Assembly: GCA_963514005.1 (NCBI GenBank)
Contig: CAUPSL010000040.1
Location: forward strand, 1 to 59,551
DNA: 59,551 bases
Origin: Raja brachyura
Taxonomy: Eukaryota
Direction of reading: 5' to 3'
The notes beneath the pieces are model-generated. The model saw only the letters and a program-made list of their open reading frames with translations. It was not told the DNA's origin and searched no databases. Numbering within the stretch: position 1 is the first letter of the stretch; the number at the start of each line of letters is the position of its first letter. Below are positions 26,665 through 40,509 of the stretch, piece after piece. Both the position numbers and the translations under genes were made by a program.

Positions 26665-27169
26665 CTAAAATCATTTAGTGCAAAATCAAATTACTCTACA
26701 TGAGTAATCAACAATGACTGGCACGTAGAATGCAGTTCAATATTTTTGAATAAGATTTACAATATTTTCTGGTTATTTACACGGACATATAATTTTACTA
26801 TATACGTACATAAAACACATATCAGTATTGGCGACAGATATTTCCAACATTTTTTGCATTGATGGTTTAGCCGCGAGAGAGACATCGGCAATGCACTTCC
26901 ATATAAATTCATGATTTCTTAAAGTTGCCTTGTTAAGTGTTTTTTACCCGTCTTTCTCAAACTGTGTGTTACCATTTTCAACAAAAAATAAATAAAATAA
27001 CAGAAACGCGCAGATTTGAGATTATGGGAAATGATTAACGGTTTATATTTCGACGCCGAAATTAGTCATTTATCGATTATCGATGGGTCTTTAACAAAGC
27101 ATGGGCGAAGTAATCGCGTTCATACTATTGTCTTGCAGAATAAAATGTAGTTAATATGCTAAACTGCTC

Positions 27170-27830
27170 TCCGACGATGGGGTAGGACTTTCTCTGTGGG
27201 TAGCATTTTATGTTTTCGAAGCTTGCGAATATCCAGAATCGAGGTAATGTCCACGAAGGCAATGTGGTCAAACAGACGCAAATCATGCACATATCTTCTG
27301 GAGTTGTCCAAAAAAAGAACCATTTTGGGACAGAGTGAATTCAGAATTAACGGAGGTATTAGGATATATAGTCTCCAAGAAGTGTTCCATTTTATACCTT
27401 CGTAATATAAATACAATTGTGGTGAAGGAAGATCATTATTTGGTTAAAATCCTACTCACATCTGTCAGAAAGGCCATTGCAAGAAACTGGCTTGCAACGG
27501 ACACACCCAGACTTAGACATACTATAAGACATAATACAGGAAATATTTGACATGGGAAAAATGACATATTCTCTAAGAGTGAAAGAAGACGAGTTTAACA
27601 GAAAATGGGGGGAAATGGATTATGTATAGAAATAAAGACATCAACACTGTATAATTTTATTGACAATAATGTAAGTTATTGGAAAATGTTTTAATAAGAA
27701 CATAGTTCTGTATACTGCATCATTCATTTTAAACTGAACCCCCGCTACACTGTCGTACATTTCACTTTATTGTTGTAAGTTTCGTTGTTATATTTGTGTT
27801 TTATTTGTGTATACATAAAAGGAATAACAA
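27170..27830 (+). mobile_element. L1-clade LINE 3' fragment
   Basis: CPRRQCGQTDANHAHIFWSCPK CCHC motif, followed by FWDRV..RKAIARNW..FNRKW typical of the L1 ORF2 C-terminus; AT-rich 3' UTR. Confidence 0.8.
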
Positions 27831-28069
27831 CTAAAGCGAGAAAGAGATAATTTCCATTGGGTGTCAGGCCCGTCAACAGATTCACACAAAAAAATGAACT
27901 TCAGCTAATGCTTCGCGAGTTGTGAAGAATCCCTGCGTAAATAGTTGCAGGATTGGAGAATTTCATTCTGCAGCTGTAAAGTATATATAGTTATGCATGA
28001 AGTGCGACCACACAGAAATCCATCTCCGTGGGTCCAATGAGACAATGTCATAAAGCATAACTAACGATA

Positions 28070-28262
28070 ATGAAATGCCTGGATAGAGATGGTGTGGGGA
28101 GGATTTTTCCACGTGGGAGAGTTTCGGACCGGAGCACATAGTCTCCAGTCTTAACGAACATTCCTTTAGGAAGGAGATGGGGAGTACTATCTATCGTCAG
28201 AGGCTGTTGACTCTGTGTAATTATTTGCCACAGAAGGGTGGGAAGGCCAAGTCAATGGATAT
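28070..28262 (+). mobile_element. CR1 3' fragment
   Basis: Similarity to the CR1 3' ends elsewhere in the window (gaggctgttgactctgtgtaatt..gccaagtcaatggat). Confidence 0.6.
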
Positions 28263-28364
28263 TGTATATTATATATTCATAGTATCACAACTAACTATTA
28301 GCCAAACAAACATTTTCCGTGTTCTGCTCGCACCAATGAAATGTAATACATTATTTTACGTTAC

Positions 28365-28388
28365 CTGCATTTTTTTCCATTAGCGCGT
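28365..28388 (-). CDS. Micro-exon, 24 nt, (D)ALMEKNA
   Basis: cctttgcccgataaag|ACGCGCTAATGGAAAAAAATGCAG|gtaacg. Confidence 0.55.
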
Positions 28389-29439
28389 CTTTATCGGGCA
28401 AAGGTAAAACGCAATGGTTAGAAAATGGCGAAAAATATATATTGTTAATCAGATAAACATTAAAAAATAATTAAATATTTATGATATATATATCTGTGTT
28501 AAACCATCCGTTTCGTGTTCTAAAACCATATCCGCTGTTAGGAGCGGCATGGCTTTATTATAATTTGGTTTATTGGTACTTGGAAAAAATGCTTCGCTAA
28601 CAAAGTTGGGATTAGTGTATTTTGTCTTGCCTGTTCTTCCAGCAGAGATAAGGCAGGTGATAGGCCATCTTATAAAATATACTGACACGACACATCTTGT
28701 AGGTTAATGGGGGTCATGCTTAAATAAAACAAAAGACAGTTTACCATTTTGTTCTTATTTAATTTGCAATTGTTTGCGATATTTGCCAAATTTATTGCAC
28801 ATCTAAAATTGGTTTAGTTCATTTAGTTTAGTTTGTGTCACGTGGACAGAGGGCCAGTGAAAACAAAAAGTTTTTGTTGCGTGCTATCAGTTGCAAGCTA
28901 TCCAATCAACGGGTAGTGTATATATGATTACAGTCAAGCCGTCCACAGTGGACAGATACAGGGTAAAGCTTTCAGTGCAAGGTAAAGTCGAATAAAGACC
29001 GATTAAAGATTGTCCGATATGATATAATATAAATTTATTTGTGGAAAATATTCTAAAGTTATAATTAACATATCAGGAATTCGACATCGTTGTTTTCCTT
29101 TTCATTGTCATTCTTGGATGTGGCAAACTCTATTAAAAAATATCGCCAGCTGGGAAAGCTTGTGATATACCGAACATTATCCAATTCTTAAATATGTTAT
29201 GAGAAGAATCTCTCGTAAAGTGTATCATAATCGCAATGTGCGCTAAATATGCATGTTGCGCAGGCAATATACCCAAATGTTGTCTTTCATTTGTTAAAGC
29301 CCTTACATGTCATATTTTAGTTGACGGGTGAAATCATCAGCATCAGTAGAATTCAAACAAAGAAGTCGGTACGACGTTTCTTTCTGTCATTGAACACGTT
29401 TGACCTCTTTGTTTGAATACTGTTTGAATTCACTATTGA

Positions 29440-29590
29440 AAGAGTGGCACCGTGGGTAAGCGGTGGAGTTGCTGCCTTCCCTAGGTTCGACCAACTATGG
29501 AGTTTGTACGGAGTTCTCTCTGTAACCGCGTGGATTTCCTTCGTGATCTTCGCGTTGCTCGCGTGAACTATTTTAGATCCGTTCCGTTTG
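29440..29590 (+). mobile_element. tRNA-derived SINE fragment (HE1/V-SINE-like)
   Basis: gtggcaccgtgggtaagcggtggagttgctgcct head and ggagtttgtac..ttctc..accgcgtggattt V-domain-like core. Confidence 0.55.
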
Positions 29591-29989
29591 CACATGAATT
29601 AATTAATTAATTATTTCGTAATCATTTTACTCAAAGCAAAGTATGACAACATGCACGGGTTAAAATGCACTTTGGGGAAGAAGCACCCGGTCACCGGCGG
29701 TTGTCGTGCTCAATGTGCCTGGGAAAAGGGGCCTTACTTAATATTTAGATTACATATTTTATTGTGATGTGGATGGTGGGAATCTGAGTCAAGAAATGAA
29801 ATGTTGAATGATCAGTTACACTCTCACTGAATCGTATCTTCACGTAACCTCTCATCCTAACATTTTACTGTATGTTCTGAATTTGGATGTACTGTAACGT
29901 GGTTTGTCATTTTCGGAAAGCTCTGTCATACAATGCATTATTGACTAAAGGACAGACAAATATATTATATACTACTTAGCCTGACATCC

Positions 29990-32900
29990 ATAGTGACAAG
30001 TTGCTTGACTCGATTATACAAGAAGTAACTGCAGCGCATTTGGAAGGCAGTGACAGGATCGGGAAATCATGGTTGAAAGGGAAATCATGGTTGACAACCT
30101 TCTGTATTTTTTTAGGATGTAACAAGTAGAATAGATGAGGCAGAGCCAGTGGATGTGGTGTGCCTGGAAGTTCAAAAAGCCTTTGACAAGGTCCGAAACA
30201 CGCGATTAGTTAGCTAAATTAGAGCACACGGTATTGTGGTTATGGCTAGAGAACGCAATGAGTGGGAATTACGGTTCCTTTTCAGAATGACAGGCAGTGA
30301 ACAGGGTGCCGCAAGGCTCAGTGCTGGGACCCCTGGTATTTATAATATAGATTATCGATTTGGAGGAAGGGATTACATGTAACATCTCAAATTTGCGGAT
30401 GGCATAAAGCTGTGACAGAGTGCACGGCGGGGAGTTGCTATGAGGCTGCAGGGTGACTTGGCTAGGTTGCGTGAGATGTCAAATTCATGGTAGATCCAGT
30501 AAAAGATGATTCAATGTAAGGGTATCCAGTTTGTTGACAAAAACAAGAAAACAGATTACAAGCTGAATTGTGTCAATTTAGGAAAACGAGACATGGGTGT
30601 CCTTGTACGTCTGTCACTGAAAGTAAGCATACATGCAGTGAAAAAACAAATGGCATGTTGGCCTTCAAGCAAGATAACTGGAGTGTGGGGGGTTATGAGG
30701 TCCTACAGGCGTTGAGCGGGACCATGGTTAGAGGGCACCTGGAGTACTGTGTAGAATTTTGGTCTCCTGGATTGTGGAATAACATTCATGCTACTCAACG
30801 AGTGCAGGTTCACCAGGTTAATTCCCGAGGTGGTGGCATTGACATGTGATGAAATAATCGATCAAGCGGCCAATTATTCACTGGAATAATGAGAAGGATG
30901 AGAGGGCATCTTATTGAGACATAAACAATTCTTAACGGATTCGGCAGGCTAGATGAAGGAAAAATGTTCCCGTTCATGGGGAATCCAGAACCAGGTGTGA
31001 TAGACTAAGAATATGTTGTAGGCCATTTTGGACTTATATGAACAACAATTTTAACCAAAGAGATGTGAATCTGTGGAATTATCTGCCACCGAAGGCAAAA
31101 TAGGCCAATTCACGGGATCTGTTCAAGGGAGAGTTGTGACTGACGGTGCTGACGCCTCGCTGTCGAAGGAACTAAACAATTTCATTGCTCGCTTTGAGGC
31201 AAAGAGGACTCATGCAGTCACACTGCTCCCACCGACATCCAGCTCCCATTCGCTCACTCTCCACGAACACCAAGTGAGGCGCGTACTCAATTTGGTGAAC
31301 CCAATGAAAGCCTTTGGACCTGAGAGTGTACTCGGCAAAGTACGCAAAGCGTGTGCAGCTCAGCTATCAGGCGTCTTTACCAAGATCTTCATCTTTCCCT
31401 AATACAAGCCATTGTACCACCGTGTCTGAAACCGGCTACCATCAACCCTATCCCTAAGAAGTCAGTCATAAATAGTCTCAATGACTACAGACCAATTGCA
31501 TTAACATCAGTAGTCATGAAAGGCTTTGAAAGATTATTTTCTCAGCACATCAAAGCCAGCCTCCCTCCAAACCTTGAGTTTGCTTATATAACAAACAGAT
31601 CGACGGAGGACGCCAACGGCACTGCCCTGCACACTGCACTGAGCCATCTGGAGCATCCGGGGGACCATGTAATGACCCGTTTTATTAACCATATTTCAGC
31701 TTTTAATACAATCATCCCTGACATACTAGTCAACAAGCTGTCCGACATAGAAATCCCACCTCCCACCTGCGCCCGGATAAAGGACTTCCTCACTAACCGC
31801 TCACAAACTGACAAACAAGGGCCCCCACTGTTTCTCCACCCTCACACTCAGCACTGTATGTCCACAGGGCTGTGTGTTGAGTCCTCTCCGCTATGCTCGG
31901 TACAATTACGACTGCACTCCAAAAAAACCATTATTACATTCGCTGTTGACACCACAGTGGTCGAACTATCAGGAGGAGACGAGGCAACGTACATAGACGT
32001 ACATAGGTCCAGAAGCTGTCAGAGTGGTGTTCTGCGAACAAACTGGCACTTAATATCAGAAAAACAAAGGGAGTGGTCATCGACTACAGAAGGCACGGAG
32101 CGCACCTTGCCGCGCTCTGCATCAACGCGGACTGTGTCGAGAGGGTTTCCACCTTCAAATTCCTGGGAACGCACATCGCGGAGGACCACTCGTGGTCTGC
32201 CAACACTTCAGCGGTGGAAAATAAGACTCAGCAAAGATGCACTTCCAGAGAGTGCAAATGAAAAACAGTTTAGAGGTGAAGCAGCTCGTGTCCTTCTGCC
32301 GATCCATCATCTAGAGCGTGGTCGCATATTGTATCACGGTATGGTATGCCGGCTGCTCAGCAACAAACAGGAGAACACTGTGGTGAGTGATCAAAACTGC
32401 CCAGAAAATTATCGGCTCCCCTCTGCCTTCCCTGGAAGACATCTCCAGCTGCCGGCACCTCTGTAGAACCAGGAAAACCAGCAAGATCCCTTCCAGCCTG
32501 GACAGTTCCTGTTCAACCTCCTGCTCTCTAGTAGTTGGTACATGTGGGTCAAAAGCCAGACAAACAGGCACAAGAACCGTTTCTTTCCTTGGGCCATTAT
32601 AACTCTACATTCCTCCAATATCCACACGACATGAGAATGTTGTCATCCACTCCACCATTACACAGACCACTCAGCTAATATATATATATTGTAATTATTC
32701 TTTGAAGTATTTATTAAACTTTGAAGTGTAACATTCTCCTAGAGCAATGTTCTACCCAGGTGTAATATTGTAATGCATCTACCATTTTAAGCAGTTAAAT
32801 AACGTATAGAACGTATTGGGTGTGTTATTATCTTGTTTGGACTTGTCTCGGTTGCACTGATCACTTCTCATAATTTCCATGTATTTCTAAGTCCAATGGC

Positions 32901-33075
32901 AATACAGGTTTATTGTTATTATATAAGACTTAGGGCTATATGAATCAGGGACATGGGGGAAAGCAGAAACAGGGAACTGATTCTGGGTGATCAGCGATGA
33001 TAATATTGATTGGTGGTGCAGGTACGAAGGGCCAAATGGCCTCATCCTGCATCTATGCTCTATGTTTCTATGCTT
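29990..33075 (+). mobile_element. CR1 LINE split by a Rex1 insertion (CR1 parts ~29990-31135 and ~32928-33075)
   Basis: RT motifs and RGHLEYCVEFWSP; the 3' UTR breaks at ttcaagggagagttg and resumes at cttagggcta..tatgtttctatg. Confidence 0.85.
31136..32680 (+). mobile_element. Rex1/Babar-clade LINE, 5'-truncated, decayed
   Basis: LNDYRPIALTSVVMKGFERL, RSTEDA, SAFNTIIP, FAVDTTVV, FKFLGTHI. Confidence 0.88.
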
Positions 33076-33369
33076 AGATGTTTGTAAGATATTACTTTGT
33101 GTTCGTTTAAGATTAATCTACGTAGACTTCGCTTCAAGGAGATATCTCTCTAACCACAACATAGGACTTTCCTGATAAAGAAATACGTTGCCACACAAAT
33201 TCAATTCGCAATAACCTTGTTGAAGGTAAATTTACAGGGATTTGCTCTGATATGGCAAACACATTTCAAGGTCTAATTTCCTGTTGCCGAAGAACGGCGC
33301 AGAACCCCAGTTTAAAATGGAAATTGCATCGAGCAGAGATGAGGTTTGATTTTTAATGTATTTCCGGAA

Positions 33370-34213
33370 GAAACAAGGCCGGGTGGCAGTGTGATCTGTG
33401 AAGAGGATGTTAAGACGTTGCAGAGTGACCTGGATAGGTTGATTGAGTGGGCAGATGCGTGGCAGATGCAGTATAATACAGATCCATGTGAGGTGGCAAA
33501 AAACAAGTGGCAAAAACAAGGGGGGAGATTATTATCACAATGGGGTTAGTTTAGGTAAGGGGGAGTTACAGGGAGATATAGGTGTATTTGTGCACCGGTC
33601 ACTAAATGATGGCGGGCCGGCACAGCAGGCTGTGATGAAAGCTAATGGAATGTCGACCTTCATAACAAGAGGATTTCAGTATAGGAGTAGACAGGTTCTT
33701 CTGCAGTTGTAAATCGCTCTGGTAAGACCACATCTGGTGTATTGTGTACAATTTTGGTCTCCAAATTTGAGGAAGGACATCCTTGTGATTGAGGCAGTGC
33801 AGCGTAGATTCACGCGAATTTTCCCTTGGATGGCGGGACTGTCATCTGAGGGAATATTGAAAAGACTGGGCTTGTATTCACTGAGAGACTAGAAGGATGA
33901 GGGGTGATCCTAAAGAAACATATAATATTATAAAAGGACTGGACAAGCGATATGCAGGACAATTGTTCCCAATTTTGGGCGACACCGGAACCAGGGCCAC
34001 AGTCTTGGAGTAAGAGGAGGCTATTTAAGACAGAGGTGAGATTAAATGTTTTCACTCAAAGTGTTGTGAACTTGAGGAATTCCCTGCCACGGTGGCAAGT
34101 GGAGGCCACATCACTGGATGGATTTTAGAGATAGTTAGCTAGAGCTCTAGGGGTTAGTGGAATCAAGGGATATGGGGAGAAGGCAGGCACGTCTTATTGA
34201 TTGGGGACGATCA
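33370..34213 (+). mobile_element. CR1 3' portion
   Basis: LQSDLDRLIEWADAWQMQYN; GFQYRSRQVLLQL. Confidence 0.88.
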
Positions 34214-34600
34214 GCCTTTTCCTAATCAAGCCCTTTGTCCTTCTCTGCTGGTCTCTGAAGTTCTGCCAGTCCTCTGGTATGCTGCTTTTTCTGGCTACTT
34301 TGTGCGCATCATCCTTTGCTTTGATACTATCTCTGATTTCCCTTGTTATCCACGAGTGCACTACCTTCCCTGATTTATTCTTTTGCCAATACTGGGATGA
34401 ACAGTTTTTGTAGTTCATCCATGCAGTCTTTAAATGTCTTCCATTGCGTATTACCGTCAACCCTTTTAGAATTGATTGCCAGTCAATCTTGGCCAATTCA
34501 CATCTCATACCCTCAAAGTTACCTTTCTTTAAGTTCAGAACCATTGTTTCTGAATTAACAATGTCACTCTCCATCCTAATGAAGAATTCGACCATTTTGG
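34214..34600 (-). mobile_element. CR1 endonuclease-RT linker fragment, inverted
   Basis: MVEFFIRMESD..WITREIRDSIKAKDDA; homologous to 9795-10170. Confidence 0.88.
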
Positions 34601-34653
34601 CAACCGAATTTCTCATGGTACAGCGGATGTTTTGTTTCAAATCAGTGTCTTAC

Positions 34654-34689
34654 CAATATCAGCAAGTGCTTTTTTCAGCCGGTCAGGTT
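34654..34689 (-). CDS. Micro-exon, 36 nt, (E)PDRLKKALADI
   Basis: ttccctggaatag|AACCTGACCGGCTGAAAAAAGCACTTGCTGATATTG|gtaaga; paralogous to 46421-46456. Confidence 0.85.
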
Positions 34690-35579
34690 CTATTCCAGGG
34701 AACGAAGGAAACAAGTATGAATATAAAGGTAATCCTTTTCGCCATCGGATAAAACTAGTTTCCATATTGTTGGATGAGTAACAGTTTGGAACAAATGTAA
34801 TAAATAAACAGTCAGTGAAGAAAAATATGTTGACGACAAATATACTGATAAATACTTCTGGGAAAGAATACAACGACATTCGGGAGCACCTGAGTTACCT
34901 TAGTTTGAAGGACTGGGTTTTTGCATTCGAGTTACATTACAACCTTTAGATTGTAAGATCGTATCTTTTATCTGCAATTCTAGGGACAAAATCCATTATT
35001 TCCAAATGGCCAATACCGAAGTTTCGCTTTTTCATTTCCATACCATAATTAAATTCGCTATGGATATGCTGGGCATGTGGTGGATGATCAAGTGGAAGAA
35101 TGACTGTCATCTGGATATTTCATCAAAGAAAAATGTTGTCACATGCGAATAGTTTCTTAGAATATTCATCATGTGACACAAAACAGAAAAAAGCCGAGAG
35201 AGAATTTTGAGAAGTTAAAAGCGAATCTGTATAGTTCTCCAAGCAACGACACCGCACTTCAAAAACAATTCATAAATAGTGGAATAATTTTTTTGACACA
35301 ACGAAAATGAAACTAAGTATAGAATGACGTAATGGCGGGCACGCTTTATAATACAAAATAAAGACTATATTTATGATACATCGTTAGCACAATATTCATT
35401 GGACATTGTATGACACTAAAGTAGGTGGTAACGTGGACAAAGTAGATATTTATTTAAAAAGCGTTCAGCTGGGCAAGTCGGCTCAAGATATTTTAGAACA
35501 TTTAGATATATTTTTTATTAATAAATGTCTGCAATTGATATCGCTAAATATGTTTCAGTGTCAGAGGACCCACGTGGAA

Positions 35580-36095
35580 TACATAGAAACATAGAAACAT
35601 AGAAAATAGGCGCAGCGGTAGGCTATTCGGCCCTTTGAGCCTGCACCTCCATTCAATACGATCATGGCTGATCATCCATCTCAGTATCCTGTACCTGCCT
35701 TCTCTCCATGCCCCCTGATCCATTTAGCCACAAGGGGCACATCTTACTCCCTCTTAAATATAGCCAATGAACTGGCCTGAACTACCTTCTGTTGCAGAGA
35801 ATTCCACAGAGTCACCATTCTCTGTGTGAAAAATTTGTTTCTCATCTCGGTCCTAAAAGACTCCCCCCTTATCCTCAAACGGTGACCCCTTGTTCTGGAC
35901 GTGCTCAACATCCGGAACAATTTTCCTGCATATAGCCTGTCCAACCCCTTAAGACATTTGTAAGTTTCTAAAAGATCCCCCCTCAATCTTCTAGATTCTA
36001 GCGAGTAAAAGCCGAGTCTATCCTGTCTTTCTTCATATGAAAGTCCTAGCATCCCAGGAATCAGTCTGGTGAATCTTCTCTGTACTCCCTCTATG
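35580..36095 (-). mobile_element. CR1 3' end with (TTCTATGT)n tail
   Basis: GLSYEERQDRLGFYSLESRRLRGDL; acatagaa repeats at 35581-35605. Confidence 0.92.
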
Positions 36096-37229
36096 AAATA
36101 CGTTCTTATTAATCGTATATTACTGTTTTGCTAAATATTGAGTGATGAATTGTATGAGCATAGCAACTGCATCTGTCTTTATACTTTATCATGACACGTA
36201 CTAAGAACATTTCCTATTCGGAAAAACCGCAGATGCACGCATGCCAAAAAGGTTGCACTTGCGTGGAGAAAAACACATATTGCAACTTTCTGGGTGAGGC
36301 ACGAAATCTCAAATTAGATCAGTGATTCCACAAACTGCCCTAAATATCCAACTAAATTCAATTTCCTGCGATAATCGCTGATTAAAAATTGCCACAGCGT
36401 GGATCAAAACATGTAGGTCTGCTTGCCATAATTTCCGACACAAGCAGAAATACACCAATTATTTTTGAGCATCAAGATCACAGGCACTTAGGTTTTATCT
36501 TCAAGGGAATTAAGGGAAGTGACACGGTAATATCACTGCCATAACCTAGTGGCTCGTTGTTACACTTGCTGTTTATAAGGATTTTTTTAATGAAAGCAGA
36601 ATAATGAGGAATTAATTTCAATATACGTAACATATAGTGGATTTACTATTGGGCGACATTGTTTCACTGTCTTACTTGAAGTTGACATTGTGGTGAAATT
36701 CAGCATTATTCTTCAAAAGAAAAACCATCTGCATATTTTCCATTATGCACCAGCAAATTGTTAATCTAATGTAAAGAAACCTATGAACGTGAAGAGTTGA
36801 CATTAATGAAACATCACGGGAATATTGGCGCCCATAAATATATGCTGACGTAGTCATTACTTGATATCAAGTGGTATGGATATTTTCGGATTACAATTTA
36901 CATTTATAAAATGGAGCACGATAACTGTTAATGCCAATGCGGCTGTAAAAGCACAACACTTATATTCGGGCTAGGATCTCAAATTATCGCCAAATGTAAA
37001 CGTTTTGAAATGGTGAATGTTCCTCTTGTTATTTTGCAGGAGAATAGTTTTACACTTATTTTTAGACTGGGTTGATTAATGTTATACCTCGGTGGCTTTT
37101 CGCATAGTGTAAAAGCACACGTCAATCAAAACAAGCATCAATATAGTCACAGAAATAAAATATTCTGCAGCAAAAATGTGACATTTTGTTACGAAGAACT
37201 GCTATAGTTTATATCGTTTCAGAACATAC

Positions 37230-37250
37230 CTTTGACTTCACCACCCTTCC
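37230..37250 (-). CDS. Micro-exon, 21 nt, (G)KGGEVK
   Basis: tttgatttgtag|GGAAGGGTGGTGAAGTCAAAG|gtatgt. Confidence 0.65.
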
Positions 37251-38390
37251 CTACAAATCAAATAAATGTATATATAAAATATATTACTGTTCTAGTTTTC
37301 TGAATAATTTGTAACAGGAAGATGGCAGGACTGCAGTCACACGTGTCTTCTGACGTTCGGTTCTTCGAGAAATTTCATTTAATGAGTTGCCACACAGAGT
37401 CACAAATGGTTGCTCCCAGTGTAAATGTTCAATTTTGCTTCTCCTTCCCCCAAACTCTCCATTACACGCGCAGCAATCTTCTCTCGGTAATACAATTGTA
37501 CATGCACTATTTGGTATATTTAACATTTCAGCGATGTGCGCAGAATCTCTTCGCCGAGATCAATTTGGTCAATTTGAGGATGGGAATTGTTATTCCAAAC
37601 AATTTTCCTCGTAGTGAACGGAACGATTTGAATGTTTAGATTACCCGTCTCCTCAAGCCTAATTTACATCGCAAGAGTGTTAAAGGAGTAGGTGAAGGAA
37701 CATAGAACCGGGAAAATACAATATGCAATAATGCAAACATCATTATTCTGTATGCCGAAATCAAAGGAGGTATTACTAGATGGGAGGAATACGGGAAGTG
37801 CAAACCACATCTCTGGCCAGTTTATTTTTCCTTCCATAATAAGGCACTGTAAATACTTTAACACAACGTTCGACGGTTAATTTCCATTTGTTTTTACCGT
37901 TCGGATTCAGATATAAATACATCAACTCATCGTTGATTACACTTTACCGTATGCATTTAATTAATTATAACAGTATCAAATAAAATAAATGTGTACAGTA
38001 AGTGGGGAAGAATGCAAACGCTTGAAAAAAACCTACTGGGATTTGAACAAATGCATTTTCTCAAGGGTACACCGAAGATTATACTTCTGTACGATATATT
38101 TCGTTTTATTTCCCCTGGATGCATGGTTCCCAAAACTGTCACCAACGTAAATATTAATTGTGCGCTTCTATTACGTTCACATGTATGTGGAACGGGTACA
38201 TTTCTCGAAGGTTCTAGAATGAAGTGCCGTATATGAATATGCTTTTTTTTTTGCACGTTTTCAGTTAAAATATTAGAGTTCGGGGGCCGACTGCCCGATT
38301 GCGATCGGGAACGATGCACTGAAATGCACTGACCTCCTTCTTCTTGTTTCCACTGAGACCACATCAGTTATAACTTCTTACCCCAACTAC

Positions 38391-38411
38391 CAGTGTTTTG
38401 CGCCATGTTAG
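38391..38411 (-). CDS. Micro-exon, 21 nt, (A)NMAQNT (30 nt if the downstream gtaaga donor is used)
   Basis: Long pyrimidine tract ...gtccttgcgcag|CTAACATGGCGCAAAACACTG|gtagttggg|gtaaga. Confidence 0.5.
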
Positions 38412-39993
38412 CTGCGCAAGGACAACGATGACGATGATAAAAAAAAAAGGATGGGTTACAATGTATGCAATTAATAACAGGGCACGAAACATATGACCAT
38501 GTCGCTTTTGAACAATATGAATTCATCGTAGTTGATGAATTTATTCTTGAACCATGCACTACTGTTCGGTAGATTTGGTTGTTCTGCCGCAGAAAATTAA
38601 ATAATTCAGTTGGCTTTGAAAGATGAAAAATCAATTTTGCGAAAGAAGCGGATATTTATTTACGATTTAATATCACAATTGCGTGAAATATTAAAAAAAA
38701 AATCCTGGTAAATTTGTAAACTTGCTAATAAATATACAATACTATCTATCATTCAAAATGAATGTTTCTGTGATTTTCTGAACAGTGGATGTTTAGTTGG
38801 AAGTGTGTGTCTTTTTTATATCAGGTAATAATCTTTAACAAACAAAATTAGATCTAAAGTCAAAATGTGGATAAGTAGTCTGCGATCTGTAAAGGGGTCC
38901 TCGTCCGATACCTCATTGTTCCATTTCCAGAAATGGGCGTTCATGGCCCGCTGAATTACTTCAGCAGTTTGTTTTGTACACAATGTTCTAGCATCGGTCA
39001 TTTGTTTAAACGCTTGCCTTCAAATAGTCCTCGGTAAACCCCTGTTTCAGTCGGCACTACATATCAATCTTTTTTTTGATGAGAAGAACAAGTTTCAGTT
39101 TTTATGATAAAGTGCCATGCATGTGAATATTCGACTTCCCAATGCAAATTATAGACGAAACAACGGCCATCGTATCATTTACGCCAATTATTGTTAATAG
39201 TGGCATTAACATGTCTATAGCATATTAATATGTAGGAATGCAGAGGTATGGATCACGTGAAGACAAATGAGGGTTGGTCTTGGAATCATGTGGCCACAGT
39301 CATTGTGGGATGAAGGTCCTGCTCCTGTGCTGTGCTTTGCTGTTCTATGTCTTATCAAGACGCAAAATGCTGGAATAACTCAACGGACAAGCAGCTGTTG
39401 TGAATAGGAGGAATGAGTGACCTTTCGTGTCGAGACCCCTCTGCATATATGCGCTGTACAATGAAGGCAATGAATACAGTCCGGTATGGTCATCACCTCT
39501 CCCTCAATTTCCCCGCCCCTTCCCAAATATTTATCAGCGCTGTGATTGTTAGCAAATCCTAACACCTTACTTATCTTCTGCTGACACCCTTTAGATAGGC
39601 TTGACCCATGACAGAGCGGAAAATGAAGTGCATTGACGCAAGAAGGTAAGCAAACTGCAGTAAGTACATTAGATTTAATAGAGCACAAAACACCAAACGA
39701 GCAACCCGTCGTCCCACTATGCATGCACAGACAATGAAACCAATCCAATCTAATCCTCTCTCCATACACTTGGTCCATACCCTCTAAACCAAAGGTACCC
39801 AACGTGGGATCAAATGTTCGCCTACCCAAGGGGGAAATTTGTTGATTCTGCGTTTGTACATATTTTTTCTCATTGTTTGGTTATAGTATATCGGTATATG
39901 TTCATCATAATTTGTTCATGAACAAGTGAAATAACATTGTTATGTGCTATTAAAGTTACCAAGGGTGAACGGAGCGAAAAATATTGGGATTAC

Positions 39994-40017
39994 CTGCACT
40001 AAACCCTTTACGGTTAA
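39994..40017 (-). CDS. Candidate micro-exon, 24 nt, (V)NRKGFSA
   Basis: gggcag|TTAACCGTAAAGGGTTTAGTGCAG|gtaatc; good donor, weak pyrimidine tract. Confidence 0.35.
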
Positions 40018-40377
40018 CTGCCCGGACCAATGCCTCTTGATTGTATGGTAAACATTTAGTTTGATAATTAATACAATCGTGACGTTGGTTATTAAATTCC
40101 ATGGAAAATGTCTAAACTTTGGTTCATACCGCACTCGTCCCTATCAATAGCTACATGTTGAGAATATAAATTACTACTAAAGTGTAAGAACGAAAGGTCT
40201 TTTCCACATAAGACCTAAAGATGTTTTACTTTTGTTCAACCCTGATACCAAAGTTCCGGCAATGGATACATTACCGTATTACAGAAAATACATTTGAAAC
40301 GGCTTCCATTTCAAATATATAGAGAATGAAACAAACACCATAAATAGCAACACAGACACATCATTATTGTCAACTAC

Positions 40378-40413
40378 CTGGTATTTTCATGTAATTTTTA
40401 ATTGCATCAAGTT
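40378..40413 (-). CDS. Micro-exon, 36 nt, (E)LDAIKNYMKIP
   Basis: tttatcctcag|AACTTGATGCAATTAAAAATTACATGAAAATACCAG|gtagtt; same size and E-hydrophobic-D-x-hydrophobic-K start as other 36-mers. Confidence 0.7.
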
Positions 40414-40509
40414 CTGAGGATAAATATTACCAGAGCAGTCAATATATTTGAACATTATACTTCTACTTTTGATATTTAGATTTTACATGATTTTTGGATG
40501 AAGCGAACG

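Noticed and set aside
38391-38490. Transmembrane-like peptide RALLLIAYIVTHPFFFIIVIVVLAQL on the minus strand
   Set aside because: The frame has upstream stops and no acceptor; the hydrophobicity comes from the polypyrimidine tract of the 38391-38411 micro-exon.
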